From IMG/VR virus record IMGVR_UViG_3300037116_000299, positions 124,001-188,000 of that record: 64,000 nt of DNA; one strand, written 5' to 3'. This document shows positions 8,052 to 16,740 of this stretch, in pieces. The notes beneath the pieces are model-generated. The model had not been told where the DNA came from and did no database searches. It saw only the letters and a program-made list of their open reading frames with translations. A program made the position numbers and the translations under genes. Numbering within the stretch: position 1 is the first letter of the stretch; every line of letters starts with the position of its first letter.

Positions 8052-8941
8052 AGGAATGGACCCACGCCGATCTGGTAGCCCGGGCCGCCCGCTGGCTGTG
8101 GGGTACCTACGGCTGCAAGGCCGTGCTCACGGAGATGACCACTCACTCTGGCGAGATCCCTGACGTCATCGGCTGGAAGTTCAATGGACGCTCCGTCCTG
8201 GTCGAGTGCAAGACCAGCCGCGCCGACTTCAAAGCCGACGCCGACAAGCCCTTCCGCCAGAACCTGAACATCGCACTCGGCGCCGAACGCTACTACTTCG
8301 TGCCGGCGGGGCTGATCAAGCCGGAGGAGCTGCCGGCGGACTGGGGCCTGGCGGAACTGAAGGGCAACGGGGTCCACATCACCGTCCACGCCCGGCCGCG
8401 CAAGGACCTTCGTTCTGATGTAGCCCGCAACTACGAGATGCGCATGCTGGTCGCTGCCCTGGGCCGCACTGCCGCGCGTCTCCAGCCCATCCAGCTCAAC
8501 GACTGGCTGCGCTGGGAGAACCGGGAGCAGTCGCTCAACCAGATGCACGGCTGGGTCACCAAGGAAGATCACGAGGCCCACCTCTCCGCCCTGGCTGGCT
8601 GGGAGCAGGTTACCGATCCCAAGGATCTCCCGATCGACGACGTCACAGGTGAGGCCTGGTGTCCCAAGCATGAGCAGGCCTTCGCCGACTGTTGCTGCAT
8701 CGGCCCAGGCGAGCAGCATGTCCAGTACGAGGTGAAGAACGGCGTGCTGATGGCTTTTCCCATGGCGATGCACTGCTGCAAGTTCGAGCCCATCGAGTTG
8801 CGGGTAGCCCCGAGTCTCCGCATCGATGCCTGCGTTCTCCCGACGGACCAGGAGCGCTGGAGAGGCCGCAAGGACACGGAGTCCTTCATTCCAGGTCCCT
8901 CTTTGGTAGGCCTGTCCCTACAGGGGATTATTGCGGAGTGA
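8048..8941 (+). CDS. MmcB-like PD-(D/E)xK nuclease-domain protein with Cys-rich C-terminal extension (about 297 aa)
   Basis: EIPDVIGW...VLVECKTSRADFKAD.. and RYYFVP..LI...ELP..WGL pattern; GTG start overlapping the upstream stop. Confidence 0.7.
   Translation: MKEWTHADLVARAARWLWGTYGCKAVLTEMTTHSGEIPDVIGWKFNGRSVLVECKTSRADFKADADKPFRQNLNIALGAERYYFVPAGLIKPEELPADWGLAELKGNGVHITVHARPRKDLRSDVARNYEMRMLVAALGRTAARLQPIQLNDWLRWENREQSLNQMHGWVTKEDHEAHLSALAGWEQVTDPKDLPIDDVTGEAWCPKHEQAFADCCCIGPGEQHVQYEVKNGVLMAFPMAMHCCKFEPIELRVAPSLRIDACVLPTDQERWRGRKDTESFIPGPSLVGLSLQGIIAE
8901..8931 (+). promoter_or_regulatory. Class A putative phage promoter (CTTTGGTAG ... GATTAT)
   Basis: Motif in the last codons of the upstream gene; hexamer at +25; GGAGGG RBS and ATG 8969 downstream. 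Confidence 0.6.
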
Positions 8942-8968
8942 ATCGTAACTTTTCCGTTGGAGGGACCC

Positions 8969-9151
8969 ATGGCGACCGTCGTTTCCGTCAACCACATCGA
9001 TCTCTTTGACACCACACAGCTGGATGCGGAGTTCCGCGCCAGCAAGGAGCGTAAGAATGGCACCCAAAGCCGCACAGAAGAAGTCCCCAGCAGCTCAGAA
9101 GCTGGCCAAGCAGGGCGCACCAGTCACAGCACCGACCAAGCGGCAGGGTAA
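8969..9151 (+). CDS. Hypothetical protein (60 aa)
   Basis: GGAGGG RBS; overlaps the next ORF by about 95 nt. Confidence 0.5.
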   Translation: MATVVSVNHIDLFDTTQLDAEFRASKERKNGTQSRTEEVPSSSEAGQAGRTSHSTDQAAG

Positions 9152-9527
9152 GGCCGTCCTGGCGCCGGTGGTCCCGATCACCGTGAAGTCCCTGGTCAAG
9201 CCCCGTCCCGCTCCGATCCCACTGGCAGCCGCTCAGCCTCACCCTGATCCGTCCAGCATTGCCCGCAAGGCAATGCAGTTGCGTCAGCAGGTCGGAAAGA
9301 AGGTCGATGGCTACGGAGCACCGGCTCCAGTCATCCGCAAGGTCGCTGAGTATCTCATCCGCTTCGAAGATGGCACGGTGTTGCACGCAGTTGGACCGCA
9401 CGCCGACGTGCTCGTTCGTTTCACCGACGAGTGCAATTCGATCTGCCTCGCCGAGGGCAAGGCCTACTACGACGGCCCGGCCATGACGAAGTACACCCCC
9501 GAGGAGTGGGCGGCCCGGCAGCTGTAA
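9057..9527 (+). CDS. Hypothetical protein with basic low-complexity N-terminus (156 aa)
   Basis: Start placed at MAPKAAQKK behind AAGGAG; followed by a terminator. Confidence 0.7.
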   Translation: MAPKAAQKKSPAAQKLAKQGAPVTAPTKRQGKAVLAPVVPITVKSLVKPRPAPIPLAAAQPHPDPSSIARKAMQLRQQVGKKVDGYGAPAPVIRKVAEYLIRFEDGTVLHAVGPHADVLVRFTDECNSICLAEGKAYYDGPAMTKYTPEEWAARQL

Positions 9528-9545
9528 CACTCTTCCCGCACACTC

Positions 9546-9574
9546 AAGGCCCTGTCGCTCTGGCAGGGCCTTTC
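9546..9574 (+). terminator. Probable intrinsic terminator
   Basis: AAGGCCCTGTC / GGCAGGGCCTT stem followed by TCT. Confidence 0.55.
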
Positions 9575-9578
9575 TACT

Positions 9579-9965
9579 ATGCCAAGAGACATCACACCGC
9601 TTTATCAAGGCGCCTACGAGAAGACCTGTGGGCAGACCTGCGTCGCAATGGCCGCCGGCGTGTCCAGGGAGGCCGCGATCGCCGCCGTGGGCATGCCGGC
9701 AGGCACCTGGGGCGCCGACCTCAAGCGCGGGCTTGCCAAGCTCGGCATTCGTACCGGCAAGACGCGCACGCTGCGCCACAACGCGGGCGCACCCCAGTTC
9801 GGCATCGTCAACATCAACTACCGGGTCAACGGCCGCAAGGTGCGCCGCCCTGGCCACTGGCTGCTGGTGTGGGATGGGCTGATCTATGACCCGTTGCCCC
9901 CGGACCACGAGTGGCGCCCTCCGGGTGAGTTCATCTCCGGCTTCGACATCCTCGACATCGACTAG
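9579..9965 (+). CDS. Papain-fold C39-like cysteine peptidase (128 aa)
   Basis: Q-x5-CG..C..M nucleophile motif (QGAYEKTCGQTCVAM), GHW and IYDP catalytic His/Asp. Confidence 0.7.
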   Translation: MPRDITPLYQGAYEKTCGQTCVAMAAGVSREAAIAAVGMPAGTWGADLKRGLAKLGIRTGKTRTLRHNAGAPQFGIVNINYRVNGRKVRRPGHWLLVWDGLIYDPLPPDHEWRPPGEFISGFDILDID

Positions 9966-10151
9966 TTGGCGGAGGGAAGGGGGCCGCGCAACGGGGTTAG
10001 GAGGTTCGAGTGCCTACTGACTGTCAGTGGGTTCTCAATGATTGACCCGAGTACGTGGAACCTCTTAGATTCATGCCTATTCTGACTTAGTTGTGCCGTG
10101 AGTCTTTGACGGGTGTCCGGTAGGGTGTCATGCTCTTTCTACCTTCTTACA

Positions 10152-10255
10152 TTGAGTAGTGCTTAAAGACTTTAAGTAAGTCTTAACTATTGAGTACCTC
10201 TTAATCAGTCAGTACATCTCTACGTGATGTACTGCTTTTATTAAGTACCTCTAAA
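10152..10255. repeat. Four 15-bp imperfect palindromes TTRAG-TANNN-CTWAA in an AT-rich non-coding island
   Basis: Copies at 10152, 10172, 10190 and 10241; 10141-10260 is 35% GC by hand count. Confidence 0.75.
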
Positions 10256-10278
10256 GAGCGGGGTCCTCCCGCTCGATC

Positions 10279-10308
10279 CTTTGGTAGATCCAGACCATCC
10301 CGCATGCT
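10279..10308 (+). promoter_or_regulatory. Class A putative phage promoter (CTTTGGTAG ... CATGCT)
   Basis: Hexamer at +24; GAGGAG RBS and TTG 10349 downstream. Confidence 0.7.
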
Positions 10309-10348
10309 CAGTCATGTGGCCGGTCACCGGCTCCAGAGGAGAACTATC

Positions 10349-10675
10349 TTGACCACCCCAAACGATCTTTCCCGGCTGCTCGACGAGGACACCAAGTCCG
10401 AACCGCGCAACCACACCTGGCTGGTGAGCTTCACGGCGAAACTGCCCTCCGACCTGCTCCCTGCCGAAGAAGGCATCTGTCCGAACTGTGGCGAAGAGCA
10501 TGACCCCGAAGAGATGCGCATCGTCAACGATGAGGTCACCATTCTGGGCACCCTCGACGGCCAGGTCATCATCGACCGCGTGCGCGCCCGGGTCCTCGAT
10601 CCGGAGAACATTCCCGTCCTGACGGATTTCTGTTTGACCGGCTTGAAGCACCTGGCCATGGCGGAGGTGTACTAG
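10349..10675 (+). CDS. Hypothetical protein with CPNC motif (108 aa)
   Basis: TTG start behind GAGGAG, in frame with track ORF 10304. Confidence 0.7.
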   Translation: MTTPNDLSRLLDEDTKSEPRNHTWLVSFTAKLPSDLLPAEEGICPNCGEEHDPEEMRIVNDEVTILGTLDGQVIIDRVRARVLDPENIPVLTDFCLTGLKHLAMAEVY

Positions 10676-11055
10676 TGTCGACCGACCGTATCCTCGACCC
10701 CTCCCGCGAGCAGTTTGCCATCCGCGTGCCTGAAGGCGAGACCCGCATCGTCCTGGTCACGCCGGATGTGCCCTTGTTCTGCAACCACTGTCACGACACC
10801 GAAGCTCCTGAGTACCGCCTGCGGCGCGCCGCCGGCAAGTACATCGCCCTCTGCTTCAAGAACGGCGAGGGCTGCTGGGAGCGCACCACCGTTCCCCAGT
10901 GCGAGTACACCGACAACCAGGGTGTGCAGTGCCTGTTCGAGTCGGAATGGGAAGTTCGCTTCGGTAGTGACCAGCTGATGCGCACCAACCGCTGCGTTGC
11001 GCACGTGGGTCCCGCGCTGTGTGATGTCGGCGAGCACCGGGTCTTTCCGATCTAA
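10675..11055 (+). CDS. Cys-rich, probably Zn-binding protein (126 aa)
   Basis: CNHC plus six further Cys; TAGTG-coupled start. Confidence 0.7.
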   Translation: MSTDRILDPSREQFAIRVPEGETRIVLVTPDVPLFCNHCHDTEAPEYRLRRAAGKYIALCFKNGEGCWERTTVPQCEYTDNQGVQCLFESEWEVRFGSDQLMRTNRCVAHVGPALCDVGEHRVFPI

Positions 11056-11207
11056 GGGTTGGGCTCCTCCCGGACGTTCTGAGAGGCATCTCTCCCCAAT
11101 TTCCCCTTTGTCTTTCCCCCTGTTATTTGTACCTGCCTTTCAAGTACCGGGCGGGAGGAATAGCGCACCAGCGCTGACCTCCCGCTCCCAACCCCTAAGG
11201 AAAACCC

Positions 11208-11672
11208 GTGTCCCAAGATACGAACCTCGGCTATCGCTCCAACTTCCCACTCACCAAGATCCTCGATCGCCTCTATCTCGGCGGCTTTCAGGACGCTCTT
11301 AACCTGCGCGGCCAGAACCCGCTCGGCATCACCCACATCTGCAACTGCACCAGCGAGAAGCTGGATCTGCCTCGTGCCAAGTTCAACATCATCCAGATGG
11401 ACCAGCTGGACGGTCACGAGTGGCACACCCAGAAGCTCTACGGCGCGGTCGACTGGATCCACCAGGCCCTGCGGGGCGGCGGTAAGGTCCTGGTCCACTG
11501 TCATGCGGGTGCGAGCCGCTCCCCTACCCTGGTCGCCTGCTACCTCTACACCTGTGGCTTCGGCTTCTACGAGTCCCTCGATGAGCTGCGCAAACAACGG
11601 CCCATCATCAACCCGGCGCCGGCAATTGTGATCAGCGCCAAGCGGGCCTTTGGTATCACCCCTGTCGCATAG
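11208..11672 (+). CDS. Dual-specificity protein phosphatase (154 aa)
   Basis: LTKILDRLYLGG, GITHICNC, GGKVLVHCHAGASRS (HCxxGxxRS), RKQRPIINP. Confidence 0.9.
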   Translation: MSQDTNLGYRSNFPLTKILDRLYLGGFQDALNLRGQNPLGITHICNCTSEKLDLPRAKFNIIQMDQLDGHEWHTQKLYGAVDWIHQALRGGGKVLVHCHAGASRSPTLVACYLYTCGFGFYESLDELRKQRPIINPAPAIVISAKRAFGITPVA

Positions 11673-11678
11673 CACTCT
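11648..11678 (+). promoter_or_regulatory. Class A putative phage promoter variant (CTTTGGTAT ... CACTCT)
   Basis: In the last codons of the phosphatase gene; hexamer at +25; GGAGG RBS starts at +37. Confidence 0.45.
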
Positions 11679-11694
11679 GGCTCTGGAGGCACGA

Positions 11695-11979
11695 ATGAGT
11701 CAAGTAATTAGCAAGGGTACGATCGCCATCTGTTCCCGTGGCCGCAAGGGCCTCGTCACATCGGACGGCCAAGTTGAAGTCAGCTACGAGGATGGCACGA
11801 AAGGCATGGCCTGGACCGGCGTGCATCTTGGCCCGGCAGTCCTCGGGCAGCCCTGGTCGAGCCGCAAACCCACCGCGTTGCAGCAGACAACGTCGCGTCA
11901 GTATCGCGCCATGATGGCGTTGCTTGACCGGCACACCCGCAACCTGCAGCCGCTGAAGAGTGTGGCATGCCAGAAGTAG
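11695..11979 (+). CDS. Hypothetical protein (94 aa)
   Basis: Start placed at MSQVIS behind GGAGG; GQPWSSRKP motif. Confidence 0.7.
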   Translation: MSQVISKGTIAICSRGRKGLVTSDGQVEVSYEDGTKGMAWTGVHLGPAVLGQPWSSRKPTALQQTTSRQYRAMMALLDRHTRNLQPLKSVACQK

Positions 11980-12299
11980 GCCATCGCGAGATCGTTCACA
12001 CCATGCGCGATTGGCGGCGGATCGAGGTCTTCGAAGGCGATGAATGGTTCGCCGACAAGATCGTCCACCGCTACCGCGACATCCAGGAGAAACGGGTCAA
12101 CGGTGAGTGGGTTCTCGACAGCTCGAAGCTGTTGAAGCGGGTCACCGGCAGGTTCCTATGTGTCGGTGGTCCTCGCAATGGCGAGCGCCTGACCTTTGAG
12201 GAGTCCCGCAACACCAAGTACGTCTCCTTCAACTGCGCTGGCGATTACGGCCGGCGCGAAGGAATTCCCAAGTCTGTCTTTGCCTGGATCGAAAGGTAA
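11967..12299 (+). CDS. Hypothetical protein (110 aa)
   Basis: Short overlap with the upstream gene; phage-like CVGGPRNGE motif. Confidence 0.7.
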   Translation: MPEVGHREIVHTMRDWRRIEVFEGDEWFADKIVHRYRDIQEKRVNGEWVLDSSKLLKRVTGRFLCVGGPRNGERLTFEESRNTKYVSFNCAGDYGRREGIPKSVFAWIER

Positions 12300-12301
12300 T
12301 C

Positions 12302-12883
12302 ATGAGCGCCACCAAGATTGTGCCACTGGTCAAGAAGATGGACCGCTGGGAGAGCCACTTCATGCAGACGGCCATGCTGGCCGCGACTATGTCGGACGAC
12401 CGTTCCACCAAGGTGGGCTGCGTCATCGTGAAGGAAAACGCCATCCTGGCAAGCGGCTGCAACACCTTTCCCCGCGGCTGCTACGTGAACGGTGAGGACC
12501 TGGAACCTCATCTGCAGATGAGGGAGTACATGGTCTCGGGAATCATCAATCCGGAGTCTCGTGCCAGGATACTGGCCCCTATCGAGGCCCGCCACGACAA
12601 GCCCGCCAAGTACCTCTGGACCGAGCACGCCGAGCGCAACGCCATCTACGGTGTTGCCCGCCGCGGTGGACCGGCCTTGCAGGGCTCTGCCATCTATGTG
12701 CCCTGGTTCCCCTGCGCTGACTGTGCCCGGGCCATCATCCAGTCCGGCATCTCCCAGGTAGTTGCCTACATGCCCGGCTTCGATCACCCCAAGTACGGCC
12801 CGGATTTCAAGGTAGCCGTCCAGATGTTCCGGGAGAGCGGGGTTGATGTTCGCTATGTGGAACGTCTGGAAGCGGCCAAGTAA
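12302..12883 (+). CDS. dCMP deaminase-family protein (193 aa)
   Basis: STKVGCVIV, SGCN.FPRG, HAERNAI, PCADCARAIIQSGI. Confidence 0.92.
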   Translation: MSATKIVPLVKKMDRWESHFMQTAMLAATMSDDRSTKVGCVIVKENAILASGCNTFPRGCYVNGEDLEPHLQMREYMVSGIINPESRARILAPIEARHDKPAKYLWTEHAERNAIYGVARRGGPALQGSAIYVPWFPCADCARAIIQSGISQVVAYMPGFDHPKYGPDFKVAVQMFRESGVDVRYVERLEAAK

Positions 12884-13145
12884 GGCCGACACCCGCGACT
12901 TCTTCCTGCTGATGGGCTGCCAGTTCCTGAGCTACTTCATCTACAGTGTCAACGCCCGCGCCCTGGCGCAGGGCCGGATGGCGTGGACCTTCTTCACCGA
13001 CCTGATCTTCGCCGCCGCCAACTACACCATCATCAAGCAGGTCAGCGAGAACAAATCTGCCATGGGCCGCCTGGGTTACGTCCTGGGCGGGTCTTTCGGC
13101 TCAGTTCTGGCCATCCTGCTGACAAAGAAGCTGTTCGGCCAGTGA
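12843..13145 (+). CDS. Small multi-pass membrane protein (about 96-100 aa)
   Basis: Three hydrophobic segments, YVLGGSFGSVLAILL; start uncertain (12843 or 12855). Confidence 0.65.
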   Translation: MMFAMWNVWKRPSKADTRDFFLLMGCQFLSYFIYSVNARALAQGRMAWTFFTDLIFAAANYTIIKQVSENKSAMGRLGYVLGGSFGSVLAILLTKKLFGQ

Positions 13146-13155
13146 GCCGCAAAAT

Positions 13156-13165
13156 CCTATACTAG
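13156..13165 (+). promoter_or_regulatory. Class B putative late promoter CCTATACTAG
   Basis: Intergenic copy of a motif seen five times at operon starts. Confidence 0.65.
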
Positions 13166-13175
13166 GAAGGGTCGT

Positions 13176-13910
13176 ATGAGCACACCAGGGTTGATCCCCT
13201 CACCCGAAGACCTTTCTCCCTCCTGCACACCGGCACTTCCCGCCCCCAAAGTGAACATCAACAGCCTCATGGCTCGTGATGAGGACCTGGGGCTGACCAC
13301 GGAAGAGCAACAGGAGCTGGAAACCTACCAATCTGCCCTCATCATCCTCGGCCCCGCCGCCGGCGCCGTCCTCGTGTGTCCCGGCAACCAGGACAACGTG
13401 GCGGACGAGGACAAGTGTCCCTACTCGTCCAAGTGCCCCCTCCTGCGCGCCCGCAAGGCGCCCGCGGATCGACTCTGCCCGATCGAACGCAAGATCGTCG
13501 AAGAGCGCTTCGGGGCCTGGTGCCGGGAGATGGAAACCGAGCCCGATACCCTCAACGAGTCCAACCGCGTCGCCATCTCTGATCTCTGCTGGCTCGACCT
13601 GCAGGAGCAGCGCTGCCTGCACATCGTCGACAAGGGCGAGCAGGCCCGGCTCACCGTTACCAACCCGAAGGATGTGCACCCCGAGACCCTGTTGCCTATC
13701 TCGTGGGAGAAAGTCATCCATCCGAACGTCGAGCTTTTGGTACAGCTGCAGACGCAGCGCAGGATGATCTTGAAGGATTGGATGCTCACTCCGGAACAAC
13801 GCTGGAAGAAGGCGAAGGCGGAGAACAAGGGAACCGGGAAGGACCTGAGCAGCAAACAGTCCGCACGAGCGGACCTGCTGCGCAAGGGAACGGTTTCACC
13901 ACAAGTTTAG
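13176..13910 (+). CDS. Possible terminase small subunit with Cys cluster (244 aa)
   Basis: C-terminal VIHPNVELLVQLQTQRRMILKDWMLTPEQRWK resembles the P27-type TerS pattern (P......LTP..R); under a class B promoter. Confidence 0.4.
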   Translation: MSTPGLIPSPEDLSPSCTPALPAPKVNINSLMARDEDLGLTTEEQQELETYQSALIILGPAAGAVLVCPGNQDNVADEDKCPYSSKCPLLRARKAPADRLCPIERKIVEERFGAWCREMETEPDTLNESNRVAISDLCWLDLQEQRCLHIVDKGEQARLTVTNPKDVHPETLLPISWEKVIHPNVELLVQLQTQRRMILKDWMLTPEQRWKKAKAENKGTGKDLSSKQSARADLLRKGTVSPQV

Positions 13911-13994
13911 CGATACCCCACACGGAGAGAAGGTTGCTCCGAATACGGGCCGGGAGGGTTCACTCTCCCGGCTTAGTTCTCTTACGAGGTAGCA

Positions 13995-15374
13995 ATGTCG
14001 AAGCGCGAACGCGGCAGGCCAAGAGCAGGCGTCACCTACGAGCAGATTGCAGCGGAAGTGGCTGCAGGGCAGGATTTCAACCAGATCGCCATCAAGTTCA
14101 GCGTATCGCGCGACACTGTTGACCGGCGGATCAAAGAGCACACCGGAGGCAAGAAGGGCGTCAAGAGTGCCGCCCGCAAGGCTGCCACCAAGCGTGCCGC
14201 GGACAAGAAGGCCAAGGCCGCTCCGGTCAAGAGCCTCCATGCCCGCGCCATCCTGTCCGAGCGTTCGAAGAAGGCCGACTGGAGCGCGACGCCTGAAGAT
14301 TGCATCGCCGATCTCCGCTTGGTCCAGGAAAACCACTCCGACTCGTTCATCTCACGCAACTACTACCGCGTGCACGGCAAGTACAGCGACAGTACCTGGA
14401 ACTGTCATTTCGGCACGTTCGAGGAGTTCAAGCGGCGCGCTGGCCTGCAGCTCTCCCGCGGCCAGCATCACCTGGAGAAGAAGACCGCCCGCCACGCCGC
14501 CCTCGACGTCTATCGCCAGTTCTTCCTCGAAGAAGTGAAGCCCTGGGTCGGCAAGTACGAACTCAAGCAGACCGATGGCCGCATCAAGACCATGCTGATC
14601 GGCAGCGATCTGCATGATGTCGAGGCCGACCCGTTCGTCCTGTCTGTCTTCCTGGACACCGCCAAGCGCGTGCAGCCGGATGTGATCGTCCTCAATGGCG
14701 ACATGTACGACGAGTACGAGTTCTCCCGCTTCGACCAGGATCCGCGGCAGGTGAACATCCGGGCACGTTACGACTTCGTGCGCGAGCAGTTCTTCAAGCC
14801 CTTGCGCAGGATCTGCCCGAATACGCAGATCGATTTCATCATCGGTAACCACGAACAGCGCATTCTGAAGCTGCTCGCCGATCGCTCTCCCGCCATGAAG
14901 GTCCTCGTCGACCTGATGGGCGTCACCTTCTCGCAGCTGCTCGGGCTGGACGACTTCAGGATCAACCTGATCTGCAAGAGCGACTTCGCGGCGTACAACG
15001 CCAAGGAGATGCACGAAGAGGTCAAGCGCAACTACAAGAAGTATTACGAGACCGTGATCGTGAACCACTTCGGCGACGAAGGGTTCGCCATGTGCTCAGT
15101 CGGAGGCCACACCCACAAGCCCAAGCTCAGTTCGACGGTCAATGAAGTGATGGGCCCCATCTGGGCGCTCACCACCGGCGCGATGGCCAAGGTAGATGCG
15201 GAGTACGTCCCCGGCAAGACCAACTATCAGCAGTCGTTTGCCCTCGTTCACGTCGACACCTGGAGCCGCCAGGCGCTGCCCGAACACATCATGTTCACGT
15301 CACGCATGGCAGTTGTCGGCGGGAAGTTCTACTTCCGGCCCGAGCCGGAAGAAGAAGCGCAGCTCGCTGCGTAG
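13995..15374 (+). CDS. Calcineurin-like metallophosphoesterase with N-terminal HTH and a homing-endonuclease-associated-type repeat (459 aa)
   Basis: SDLHD, NGDMYD, GNHE, GHTH motifs; N-terminal HTH (FNQIAIKFSVSRDTVDRRIK); WSATPEDCIADL...YYRVHGKYSDSTWNCHFGTFEEFKRRAGL. Confidence 0.85.
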   Translation: MSKRERGRPRAGVTYEQIAAEVAAGQDFNQIAIKFSVSRDTVDRRIKEHTGGKKGVKSAARKAATKRAADKKAKAAPVKSLHARAILSERSKKADWSATPEDCIADLRLVQENHSDSFISRNYYRVHGKYSDSTWNCHFGTFEEFKRRAGLQLSRGQHHLEKKTARHAALDVYRQFFLEEVKPWVGKYELKQTDGRIKTMLIGSDLHDVEADPFVLSVFLDTAKRVQPDVIVLNGDMYDEYEFSRFDQDPRQVNIRARYDFVREQFFKPLRRICPNTQIDFIIGNHEQRILKLLADRSPAMKVLVDLMGVTFSQLLGLDDFRINLICKSDFAAYNAKEMHEEVKRNYKKYYETVIVNHFGDEGFAMCSVGGHTHKPKLSSTVNEVMGPIWALTTGAMAKVDAEYVPGKTNYQQSFALVHVDTWSRQALPEHIMFTSRMAVVGGKFYFRPEPEEEAQLAA

Positions 15375-15384
15375 GAGCCGTCCC

Positions 15385-15573
15385 ATGAACTCGTTCCGCG
15401 TCATCGAGGGTCAGATCGTCGAAGACATCTCCCCCTCCCAGGTACCACTCTTCCACCGCGCTGCATGGGAGATTGCTGAGAAACTCTGTACGAACGGAAA
15501 GGCCGACGTCACCAAGGTCTTCGACATCCTCGATTCGTACTTCCACATCCCGCCCGGCCAGCCTTCCCGTTAG
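15385..15573 (+). CDS. Hypothetical protein (62 aa)
   Basis: Start placed at MNSFRV behind TAGGAG. Confidence 0.65.
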   Translation: MNSFRVIEGQIVEDISPSQVPLFHRAAWEIAEKLCTNGKADVTKVFDILDSYFHIPPGQPSR

Positions 15574-15588
15574 CAGAAAGACAATCTG

Positions 15589-16023
15589 ATGCAGGCCATG
15601 AATATCTTCGTGGACGCAACCCAACAGCGCACCTTCAAAAGGCGCGCTGTTGCTGCGTTCCATAAGGACAAAGAGTATATGGAGGCTATCTTCGTCCGCC
15701 GGGGCGTTGGTGAGTTCCACGTCGTCAAGTTCATCAAGCTCAAGCTGCTCAAGCAGGGTCCCGAGATCGTCGACTCCGACGACGTCGAGTACCAGGCGCT
15801 GAAGAACGAGGCCAAGAACCTGGGGCTCGAGTTTGGCACCGTCCACACCCATCTCTACAACGACTCGGCTCCCTCGGAATGGGACCACAAAGAGAGCGTT
15901 GGCGAAGCCCTGGTTGGAGTCTGCTCCGTCTGGACCGACGAGAAGACGCAGAAGACCCACAGCCGTATCGACTTCTGGCAGCCTCAACTGCCCTGCAAGC
16001 TGAATGTTGTTCCCTCGAAATAG
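15589..16023 (+). CDS. JAB/MPN+ (JAMM) metalloprotease (144 aa)
   Basis: KEYMEAIF glutamate plus exact H-x-H-x7-S-x2-D motif (HTHLYNDSAPSEWD). Confidence 0.85.
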   Translation: MQAMNIFVDATQQRTFKRRAVAAFHKDKEYMEAIFVRRGVGEFHVVKFIKLKLLKQGPEIVDSDDVEYQALKNEAKNLGLEFGTVHTHLYNDSAPSEWDHKESVGEALVGVCSVWTDEKTQKTHSRIDFWQPQLPCKLNVVPSK

Positions 16024-16190
16024 GTGACCATGACCACATCCCCTCTGCGGACCTCTACCCAGGTCCGCCCCTCCCCTCTTGTCCGCGTCCCGACCAAGGT
16101 CATGAAGACCGGCGTCAGCAACTTTACCCCCGGGACGGCGACCTTCAGTCCCCGCGCCAGTGGCTCTCGCAAGCTCCGAGGGGTCTGATC

Positions 16191-16200
16191 CCTATACTAG
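16191..16200 (+). promoter_or_regulatory. Class B putative late promoter CCTATACTAG
   Basis: Directly before the first gene of the structural/packaging operon (AGGAG RBS, ATG 16222). Confidence 0.7.
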
Positions 16201-16221
16201 ATAGCTTTTAGGAGATCAATA

Positions 16222-16737
16222 ATGGTATCGATTCCAGCTAACAGAGCACTCAATATCCTCGACAGTGGGATGACGAAAGCCGCCTCCATGTGGAATTCGG
16301 CAGGCGCATCAAGGGCTGCAGGCATCGCCCGACAAGTTTCCAGTGGCATGCACCTGAAGAGTTCCGGGTTCGCTCTTGCAGCGGGCGCGGGCGCCGCGGC
16401 AGGTGGCGCGGCCGGTTACGCAGCCAGCGATGGCGATATGAGCGGAGCAGCCAAGGGCGCGGCCCTGGGTGTACTGGGCGTCGCCGGTTTCCGCGGCATC
16501 CAGTCTGCCCGTTCCAGCTATAACGGCGGCCTTCTTCGCGATGGCGTAAGTTCAGCCAAGAGCTGGGCTTCCGGAAAGTGGCAGAACGGCATGCTGCAGG
16601 CTCGTCTGGGCGCAATGGAATTGGAGCAGCGCAGCACCAGCGCCGCTGTGACGGCGGGGTCCGTAGGCAAACGGATGAGCAGCCGCGGTGCGGCAGAAGC
16701 CGATCGCGCGTTCTGGCGTGCCAATCCGAACGGGTAA
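16222..16737 (+). CDS. Gly/Ala-rich hydrophobic protein, possible virion-internal/ejection protein (171 aa)
   Basis: Glycine-zipper-like GFALAAGAGAAAGGAAGYA segment; late-operon position. Confidence 0.6.
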   Translation: MVSIPANRALNILDSGMTKAASMWNSAGASRAAGIARQVSSGMHLKSSGFALAAGAGAAAGGAAGYAASDGDMSGAAKGAALGVLGVAGFRGIQSARSSYNGGLLRDGVSSAKSWASGKWQNGMLQARLGAMELEQRSTSAAVTAGSVGKRMSSRGAAEADRAFWRANPNG

Positions 16738-16740
16738 ACC

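Noticed and set aside
9966-10030. tRNA-like GGTTCGAGT on the plus strand
   Set aside because: Too short; broken T-stem; no convincing cloverleaf. At most a decayed remnant.
16030-16203. Small ORF between the JAB gene and the class B promoter
   Set aside because: Low-complexity Pro/Ser/Arg sequence with a weak RBS; cannot be supported as a gene
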